Shown piece after piece: positions 1 to 7,915 of a stretch of DNA of 10,572 bases; the first letter of the stretch is position 1; every line of letters begins with the position of its first letter. A program made the position numbers and the translations under genes. The notes beneath the pieces were generated by a model. The model saw only the letters and a program-made list of their open reading frames with translations. It ran no database searches and was not told the DNA's origin. Source of the DNA: Azolla caroliniana (lineage: Eukaryota; Plantae; Polypodiophyta); the NCBI GenBank assembly GCA_043228905.1, contig JBHGNT010001261.1, positions 1 to 10,572 on the forward strand, read 5' to 3'.

Positions 1-439
1 ATCTATCTATGGGACCATGAGGATCTCCATCTATCATCAACCTACATGAAAGCTAAGGTAATTCATGAGAATTAAAAAAGTAAATATGTAAATGAGGTTT
101 TGGTCAACCATACAAGAATTTGGATAGAAGACCAAGAAATAATGAATTATATAATGAGGATTGTGAAGCCTAGATTGTTAAGAAAGCTAAACTACATTCG
201 TTATGTGTTGAGGTCCAACATTGATTTTATGATTGGGAGATGCCTTTGCATTGAATGAACTATTGGATACCTTAGGTATCTGACACACTCTCCCATAATT
301 ATTTGATTGTTCTATATAAATGAAGCCCAAGCTCATCTTTTCCATTAAATGTTGTCTATAAGTTGATTAGCATTTAAATTAGTTGCATGGTAAACTTGTC
401 CCATTTTTTAAATATGAGTACTTAATCTATAGTATATTC

Positions 440-560
440 TATGCACATATAACACATATGTACACAATACACCTATCCATTTCATTGCATTGCACATCTA
501 TCTATCCTATTACACAAGGACTTCCGATCTAGTCTTTGAATCTTTATATGGTATCATAGT
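440..560 (+). mobile_element. Decayed LTR 3' end plus tRNA-iMet primer-binding site (Ty1/Copia remnant); LTR start undefined
   Basis: TGGTATCATAGT at 549-560 matches the canonical PBS TGGTATCAGAGC at 10/12. It follows TA (547-548), a possible CA->TA decay, and a gag-like peptide lies about 250 bp downstream. The segment resembles 1270-1374. Confidence 0.55.
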
Positions 561-807
561 GTTTGTGTTATTCATTAGCATAGCTTTTTATTAATCAACA
601 TCACATATTTGTGCCTTGTCTATTGATCTTGAAGTTATCGTTGAAGAATTGGCCCTATATGCTAATGTGGTCGATTGTTTGTGTTTCGGGTTTTGGTTTA
701 TTGTAAACAACTACATAACTCATACATGGAAGAGCCCCAAGAGTTTTTATGTGTTGTAAAGATCGCATCAAGGTGAAGACAAGGCCACCTAGAAGATGAA
801 TGTGCAA

Positions 808-925
808 GTAGGAAGCTCTCTATAAAGTGAGATGCTTGATGAACCAACTTTGCAAGTTGGGCATATAAAATAACACAATTCCTTTTAGAGAAGAATATTG
901 GGGTTTCATGGAAGGCGATTTGCCA
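808..925 (+). pseudogene. Ty1/Copia gag N-terminal fragment (frameshifted)
   Basis: Manual translation across frameshifts gives EMLD/NFASWAYKITQFLLEK/YWGFMEG, resembling the Copia gag start (KLDG.NY..W...M..YL....LW..V.G). Confidence 0.6.
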
Positions 926-1269
926 CCATGCTCATTATGACACATCTAGATTGTGTTGGATGATAACAAGGTGCAAGTTGTTGAGATAACAAGCTCAACT
1001 GTTCATATTATGTGTGAACTCACATTTAAGGTTACATATCAACACTCAAGTTCCATTTTCCTATGTGAGAGAACTTAGGGCAATTTACTCGCACCCATTG
1101 TCCTTGTGACGAGCAATAAAAAGGTATTGAGAATGTGGAATTTTACAAACCACTTGTTACTCTCGTGTATATGTTGTTGATTACACGTTAAATATATAGT
1201 CAATTAGTAGTTGAATTACTCACAAATGTTGAATGTTGTCTTACCCCACTTAATAGTCCCTATTAATCT

Positions 1270-1374
1270 TTTATACATTATATATCGCACACACACAACA
1301 CATAATACACATCTATCTTATTTCATTGCATTAGGACCACCAACTAATTCCCCAAATCTTCATGGTAGCATTGT
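1270..1374 (+). mobile_element. Second related LTR-end/PBS-like segment
   Basis: AATACACATCTATCTTATTTCATTGCATT...AATCTTCA|TGGTAGCATTGT parallels AATACACCTATCCATTTCATTGCATT...AATCTTTATA|TGGTATCATAGT at about 466-560. CA at 1361-1362 is followed by an 8/12 PBS match. Confidence 0.4.
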
Positions 1375-1554
1375 GTGAGGGTTATTCATCAATATAATTT
1401 CTTCCTTTCTTGTGCATTATTCTTGATGCCATTATTAAAGGAAGTTTGACAGTTTGGACACATCAATGCAACCGACCACTGGTAAATTTGTAGTATGCCT
1501 CCATTGCTTGTGCATGGAAAGTTCCACCAAATGTGTACTTTGAAGATAAAGGTA

Positions 1555-2530
1555 GGACAAAGAGAGAACAAAATCGTTCCCTACACCGTCGTCGTCAATG
1601 TCAACACCAATGAATTGCTCTTGCTTCTCCTACGATCGACGATACTATCGATGTCCAATTGGGACCGGAGGATGAGCACATTGTCCTCAATGAAGTCAAA
1701 CTCTTGGACCAATGCTCGGTTATTGCCCAAGTCTTGGGAAACTGATCGAGTAGAGGGAATCTCTGTCATCTGCTTCAGACAGCATTTGGACCAATGCTCG
1801 GTTATTGCCCAAGTCTTGGGAAATTGATCAAGTAGAGGGGATCTACGTCATATGCTTCAGACAACATTAGAGGAGAAACTTGATAAGATTATTGATATAC
1901 ATCTGATGGGCTGAGGTTGCTATCAATTGGAGTTTGCAGTTCAACATTCTTCTGTTCGTAATCTCCTTTCCATTACCTTGGTAGACATCTCTGGTGCATG
2001 GGTTCGTTTTTTCCCATGGACCCATGGTTTTGATACAATAGTTCTACAGGCGGAGGCAACGACATGTACTGTTGTTTTTCCAAGCCTAGATAGGGAGTGG
2101 AGGGAGGTTCTTCACAAAATTGGGGCAACAATCGGAAGAGTTCTACATGTTAACTCATCTACGTTTAGGGACATTGTAGAAAAAGGAGGAGCTCCGTTTG
2201 TCAAGTTACTCTGTAAAAAGGTTGCAATTTTACCTAATTGGATTTATCTTCCAAAGCTGCAAGGTAATATGTTTCAAAAATTCCAGAAAGTGCTTTATTT
2301 TGGTTTGCCCAACCAATGTTTTTCTTGTAAAAAAATTGGCCATTTGGCAAAAGACTATTTGGTTGGCCATGTGAAGCCTAGTTCTACTATGAATAATCAA
2401 AGTAATAGTGTTGTCACTACTTTGTTGCCTCATGAAACTTAGCAAGAAATGGCTTTCGATACATTTTCAGATAAAGTGGGCAAGGGGAAAATTGTTGATA
2501 TGCTTTGCTCCAATCCCCCTCAATTTGCAC
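1555..2530 (+). pseudogene. LINE ORF1 (DUF4283-like region plus CCHC zinc knuckle), disrupted
   Basis: The reconstructed frame EDEHIVLNEVKLLDQCSVIAQVLGN*...IIDIHLMG*GCYQLEF joins ORF 1927-2442. The knuckle CFSCKKIGHLAKDY at 2317-2358 is CX2CX4HX4C with the last Cys read as Tyr (TAT). Confidence 0.82.
1704..1867 (+). repeat. 82-bp tandem duplication inside ORF1
   Basis: Copies 1704-1785 and 1786-1867 both begin TTGGACCAATGCTCGGTTATTGCCCAAGTCTTGGGAAA. I count 7 mismatches by hand, and the duplication shifts the frame. Confidence 0.95.
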
Positions 2531-2927
2531 TATCGGAATGTAGTATGGACACTTTGCAAAAAGATGTAGATATGTAGAAGTTTCCAACTTCTTTATACAA
2601 CAAGCTAAGTTAAAACAAAGTAATTACACTAGAAGTTTGTTGAATGCTAAGAGAAGTTTGACTTCTCTTCAAATTTTGCAAGAAAAACAACCTCATTCTC
2701 AATATATTCATTCTTAATTACAAAATGCTATGATGATTATTTCTTCTTTGCAACAAAAACGTGCTCAATGTTTTTTTCAAGCATCTCCAGCAAGATGGTG
2801 TGCAAAAGGTGACACCATGTCAAATTTATTTTTCCAACATGTTATGCCTAAAAGATATACAATTCAGATTGTACAATTGAAAATATCTAACGGCACTGTC
2901 ACAACGGATAGAGATGGAATGAAGCAT
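2530..2927 (+). pseudogene. LINE ORF2 endonuclease-RT linker remnant
   Basis: ARWCAKGDTMSNLFFQHV...QLKISNGTVTTDRDGMKH matches the L1 linker (W...GD.NT.FF). It resumes after the insertion as MRHIVATYY at 3814. Confidence 0.75.
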
Positions 2928-3161
2928 TTTTTTTTTTTCTCAAAAGAACATATCCTTCCATTAGTTTTTAGAAAAGTCATAACAACAACATACAAAATAT
3001 TTTTCCCAACTCATCTTTATAAGATGATGGTTTGAGGAAAGCAATCTATGTACTCCAAAGTAGAGAAAACTAGTCAACTAATCTGAAAGTTATTCTGTAG
3101 ACACATTCCAAGCTACTTGCAGTCCCATATATCTTAAATAACTTGTATCTCCCAAGTCAAA

Positions 3162-3353
3162 CTCAAATAGACCCATGAGGGGAGAATTCAATGCTACTAC
3201 ATCTGTAGCAGGAACCTTGTGGATCTTCCCTTTGTTAAAAACATAGCTCCCATCAACGACTTTAAACATAGGAGGCTTGTCACTGCCTCTAAATTTGGAC
3301 CACAACTGTGTAAGATTGAGAGATGTTGACTCTCCACCATAATAATCATTCCT
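3162..3353 (-). pseudogene. GDI: Rab GDI N-terminal fragments joined by an in-frame deletion
   Basis: RNDYYGGESTSLNLTQLWSKFRGSDKPP (3353-3270) is fused to MFKVVDGSYVFNKGKIHKVPATDVVALNSPLMGLFE (3269-3162). Both match plant Rab GDI as I recall it, and the intervening RDYNVD...PKF...VTKYL block is absent. Confidence 0.92.
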
Positions 3354-3495
3354 AATCATGATCATTGTCCTTGGCAAACCCTATGCAAGACACCAGAAAA
3401 TCTGACTGGTCTTAACATATGGAGAAAAAAATATTGCAATTTGGCTCTGTAATGAACTGTATGTCTCCCATAAAGAGAGATGGCAAAAAGAAATA

Positions 3496-3790
3496 CTCAT
3501 CAGCTGCACTAGCTGCACTTAAATCCATAGACAAATCCAAAACCTTTCCAGTGATAGTTGTATACATTGCCAAAACATCTTCCACAACGGTCTCAAAATG
3601 GGTGGTTGCATCATAGCTACTGGATATATAGCATTGATCCAATGAAGGTTCATTGACTGGTACAAATCTATCATAGGTATCGAAGAAAATTTCATCCACG
3701 GGTCCCAAAAGACTAATTCATGTCAGATTTCCTGCCTAGCTTTTTCACCTTGTTTGGAAGATATGATGGATCACCTACAACCTTCTTTGT
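3496..3790 (-). pseudogene. GDI: Rab GDI C-terminal fragments
   Basis: TKKVVGDPSYLPNKVKK (3790-3740), LGRKSDM (3739-3719), then after a frameshift ISLLGPVDEIFFDTYDRFVPVN...SYDATTHFETVVEDVL...DLSAASAADE (3717-3496). TAT follows where the stop codon is expected. Confidence 0.93.
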
Positions 3791-3813
3791 TGTAGCCACT
3801 TCTTTGTTTCGAA

Positions 3814-6777
3814 ATGAGGCATATTGTAGCCACTTATTACATATTGGGATTTGATCGTTGATGATTTACTTGCAGCATTTCAAAAAATATTCAATACAGG
3901 TATTATGCCACAAATGTGGAAAGAGGGATTGATATGCCTCATTCCGAAAGGTGATGTAGTTACGGATGAGGTTAAGGGTTGGCACTCCATTACTCCATTG
4001 AATACAATTTAAAAAATTTATGTTAAGTTATTGGCTTTGAGATTACAACCCTTTCTTCCTGATATTGTGCATGAATCTTAGACAAGATTTATGCAAGAAC
4101 ATAGTATTTTTATAATGTCTTTTTGTTCTGGGAATTAACAAAGATTGCAACGAAGAATAAATAAGATCTTGTGGTACTTTTATTAGATTTTGAAAAGGCA
4201 TATGACAGAGTTGATTGGGACTTCATGGAAGCTTCTTTTCTGAGATTAGGTTTTCCTATTCAATGGATTAGGGCTGTAGCTTCGTTGTATCGTGAGGCCT
4301 TTAATTCAGTCTTGGTAGTTGGTGGGCAAACTAGAAAATTCGTTATTTCGCGTTCTGTACGTCAAGGTTGTCCATTGTCCACATTCTTGTTTTTGCTAAC
4401 TGTAATGGAAACATTTTCAATGTATTTAAATTCATCTCAAGTTTCTTTGAAGGGTTTGCCTTTGCCTGCAATGCAACAACTATTGGATTTAGAATTCGCA
4501 GATGATACTGCAATTTATGTCCAAGGTAATGATGATAATTTAAGTAAATTGCAAGTAGTAGTGGAGGAATTCTGTTTGGCCTCTAGAGCAAAGATAAATC
4601 GACATAAATCTCTTAGTTTTTGGGTATCACAAAATTTATTGCCTACTTGGATGCTTCCTTAGGAATTCAAGTGGGTTCCTGATGGAACCACTAAGTAACT
4701 CATTACTTAGACTGCCAAGTGGGACTTAAAATGTTAATGAAGATATGTTAGTTGCTCCTCTACTTGTAAGGTTAAGGAGAAAATTGTTGCTTTGGGATTC
4801 GGTTAACCTATCATTTGCAAGTCGTGTACTTGTAGCTAACCAAGTTCTTCTAGCAACTATTTGGTATATTGCTTCTACTACCTTGTTTGCTAGATCATGT
4901 AAAAGAATACGATTGCGGAAGCTAATACAAAACCGGCTCGTCCGGCTCTTCATTCCGGACTCCGATTCGGCTCTGGCTTGTTCAGCCGATCCGGATCCGG
5001 TTGAGCTTGTCCGTTCAACACTTCTGCTACGTTGTTTGCTAGATGATGTATTTTGCAAGTGCAACGCCTCATTCACAATTACATATGGGGAGGAAAAACA
5101 AGTCAAGATAAAAGGCCTAAAGTAGCTTGGGTAGTATTGATTGCTCCACGACAAAATGGTGGGTTGGGGCTAGTGGATCCGGAAGCACAATGTAAGGCTT
5201 TGCTTTCTAAATTTGTGTGTAGGGCTATGTTGCCAATGTAAAGTGTTTGGAATTAGCTGATGATGCATAGGTTGTGTACTATGTGTCCGACAATAGGTGG
5301 AATGTGGCAACCCTCATTAAGGTGGGCCTTGATTAAGAATTTTCATGTGTTTAAAACAACCTTATAAGAAAATAATTTTTTTGATGGAATTCTCACAAAT
5401 TGGTTAGTTGTTAAAAAGTTTCTAGTTTGGAAGATGCCTTTGACCTAGAATTTTCTCTTCTATGATGCAAGGGGTTTTCTGCTTGGTAGCCGTCCTCGCT
5501 TGAATTCGGCTTCTTTGGATGTATCAGTTGCAAGTAATGTTCATCATGGGGATGCTATGTTATGAATCAACCGTTACAATCTTTGTCTATGCTTTGAAAT
5601 CAAGGAGGTGCTATTATGTGCAATGATATGCAAGTGGCATTGGGACAATTTATGGCTTCATGGCCACCCTCTAGCAATTAGATTTGGTTTGGTTATTTCT
5701 CTCCTTTAAAAGTTATTTTAGGAGCTAAAGTAACTAACATTGCGGGTCATACTATATACTTTAATGTGGATGATGATGGTAGGTTGTGGCATGCATTTTC
5801 TGCATCAGAGGTGTAGATGTCCACCAATGTTTCAACTATTTGAGTAGTTACAAGATCTATAAAAAAATGGTTCTTGGATCCACCCTTTCAAGAATGATTG
5901 CGATGTTGTTCATTGTGGGGTTTAAAAAAAAACCTTTTTACAATTTGGACTAGGATCCGGCTAATTATCAATGGAAAAAGTTGAGTGTTGGTGGAAATGG
6001 TAAACATTTGTAGTTTTCCCCATATTTGGTTAAGCTAGGTAGAAATTTGTTGTTGCAATCAAAGTATAAATGCCATGTTGCCATGAAGCATTGGATTGCA
6101 AATAATGTGAATGCATTGCAACTTACCAAATTTTGGAAATGGTTGTGGAGTATGTAGTTTCCGAAAAAAGTGATTTGTTTTCATTGGATGTTTCAATGCA
6201 TTATGCTTGTGGAATGCATTGTGGTGCATTTATGGAATCTATTTTGCATGTGTTTTGGTTATGTCCCAAGATCAAGCAATTTTGGAGTAAGTTGTTTTTA
6301 TTGCTCAGACATCATTATTCTCATTCTATTTTCTCGTGGGGTGCAGTATTATGGGATGTCCTTCATGGAGATGTTATGAAGTATGAAAGTACGCATGCTT
6401 CTCATGTTTTTCACTTTTCCCATAGACACCTCAATCTCACCTCATTTCCTTCTTCTATTCCACGGTTTAGAATTGAAAATCTAGTTATTTGGCGTACTAT
6501 TATGTCATTAGCTCTTTGGATAATATGGAAAGCGAGATGTGATCTCATTTTTAATAATGCTCACATACATCTCCGCACCATGCTTATTGAATTTTGGTTG
6601 TTATTTGTCCATACACTACGTGGTCAATATGATGATCTGCAAGGTTTAGCTGATGTTCTATGGCAACGTCAAGTGGACTTTAAGAAACGATGGCAAGGGC
6701 TTCACTTATTTTCAGATACAACTTCTAGTCTGAGGTGGAATTATGCCATACCTTCTTTTTTGTTGAATAGCTTGTAG
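3814..6777 (+). pseudogene. LINE ORF2 reverse transcriptase and C-terminal zinc-binding (zf-RVT-like) region, disrupted
   Basis: YWDLIVDDLL...EGLICLIPKG...LNTI*KI...LALRLQPFL leads into ORF 4171-4662 (DFEKAYD, QGCPLS, FADD). ORFs 4745-5125 and 5053-5241 follow, and ORF 6133-6777 carries C-x3-C-x7-H-x4-C and the LWIIWKARC.LIF motif. Confidence 0.93.
4872..5050. other. 119-bp CpG-rich insertion (4902-5020) flanked by a 30-bp imperfect direct repeat
   Basis: 4872-4901 CTTCTACTACCTTGTTTGCTAGATCATGTA vs 5021-5050 CTTCTGCTACGTTGTTTGCTAGATGATGTA (27/30). Removing the insert plus one repeat restores the ORF2 frame ...LFARSC-ILQVQRLIHNYIWGG. Confidence 0.9.
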
Positions 6778-7681
6778 TTTTTGCTCCACTTGTTTCTTAT
6801 TTGATATCATTTGTTTGATCAGATGTTGGTATTAACCTTTGTATCACAATAGGGGTTTATGTATTTCGCATATTTCTCACGCCCATTTGTACATGTTCAC
6901 TAAGACGTGAGTAAGTGTATAACCTCCATTTCATACCTAAGCTCTAGATAGCCCTCTTATGCCAATAGCATGAGAATGTGAAGGGAGAGCTAACCTTCAA
7001 AAGTTGGTTTGCTAACCCTTATTTGTCAATCCAATATATGCATTGCCAATCATAGCTACCCTAATTTATGTGGATTGCTAGTCTTGCTGGTTCTTGTAGC
7101 TCACACCAACATTGTTGCACATTTGTTAGTTTAATTGAGGCTCTCATCATGACAAGTATATCAAAATGTTTTATCTTGAAGATTCCAAGAAGACATGAAA
7201 AACACAATATATGATGATCCCCTCTCGTGTTTGCGAGTGATGATTTAACCAACCCATGTCAAGGAAAATCTATTCAAAACATTATAGTCAACAATGCAAG
7301 ATTTGAAACTAAACGTTGCAAATCATGAGATTCACAATGCATATTCAATATTCTACAATTTGTTTTGTGAAATCATAAGCCGTAAAAGATATGCATAATT
7401 GTTATGAGAAAGAGATTAGGAGTAACAAGTTAGGGCCATAAATCCTGAGTGAAATTGAGATCCTCATGAAAAAGCATCAACCAATTCATTCATACATTTG
7501 TTTTACAAAAATATAATGCAACATTTATGTGCATGGTAAATGGGTACATAAATATAAGAATGAAGTTTGTGATACGATCAAGGTTTCTAGTTAGGGTAGT
7601 AGATATGAATCCTAAATATGTGATTATGTTGTAAACCTTATACATAGGATTTTATCATACAATGCAACAATTGCTACTTGG

Positions 7682-7915
7682 TTATGATTTTGAGGATGCG
7701 GTGTGGAGAAAAAAACGACGGCCAGACAATGTGACAAGCATAGCCATTGTTAGGACCGCTATGAAGGAGAAGACAATAGAAATACCCACCAACAGACAAA
7801 ACCGTTCATAGTTGCTACAAACTTCACTCCACATGAGCTTGCTCTCTCCTTGCTTTGCAACATATGCTACTTCAGTTGATGCTGCTGCGGATGCCATCAA
7901 CAAGTATGCCATAAC
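7682..7915 (-). CDS. CASPL: CASP-like exon 3
   Basis: Acceptor ACACAAG precedes VMAYLLMASAAAS...WSEVCSNYERFC...ASSKS-TAA. Confidence 0.88.
   Translation of the reverse strand, partial: VMAYLLMASAAASTEVAYVAKQGESKLMWSEVCSNYERFCLLVGISIVFSFIAVLTMAMLVTLSGRRFFLHTASSKS

Larger units (their letters stand above)
2928..3812 (-). pseudogene. GDI: Rearranged processed retrocopy of Rab GDP-dissociation inhibitor mRNA, inserted antisense into the LINE
   Basis: T12 at 2927-2938 is poly(A) on the minus strand. The flanking repeat is AATGAAGCAT (2918-2927) / AATGAGGCAT (3813-3822). Five GDI peptides lie on the minus strand with no introns visible. Confidence 0.85.
1555..6900 (+). mobile_element. Degenerate L1-clade non-LTR retrotransposon (LINE); both ends approximate
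   Basis: Collinear ORF1 with zinc knuckle, ORF2 linker (RWCAKGD...FF), RT motifs (LLLDFEKAYDRVDW, SVRQGCPLS, FADD), KVAW...GGLGL and a C-terminal CGAFMESILHVFWLCP. It has many stops, frameshifts and deletions. No clear poly(A) or TSD was found for the LINE itself. Confidence 0.93.

Noticed and set aside
150-245. Possible Copia RNase H C-terminus and polypurine tract (IVKPR...NYIRYVL; GATTGGGAGATG)
   Set aside because: The similarity is too weak to support without an alignment.
1389-1827. ORFs 1389-1571(-), 1495-1827(+) and 1581-1769(-) as genes
   Set aside because: They have no recognisable motifs and are mostly off-frame or antisense shadows of decayed LINE ORF1.
1704-1867. CRISPR-like repeat
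   Set aside because: There are only two abutting 82-bp units with no spacers, in a eukaryotic context.
3419-3616. 65-aa plus-strand ORF
   Set aside because: It is the antisense shadow of the GDI fragment.
3090-3708. A functional GDI gene with ORFs 3412-3708 and 3090-3377 as exons
   Set aside because: The order is reversed (C-terminus first), essential blocks are missing, there are no splice signals at the junctions, and the region sits between poly(A) and a TSD inside a LINE.
4726-5154. 142-aa minus-strand ORF
   Set aside because: It is antisense to LINE ORF2 and extended by the GC-rich insert, with no protein motifs.
7061-7252. 63-aa minus-strand ORF
   Set aside because: It is short, has a non-ATG start and shows no recognisable homology.
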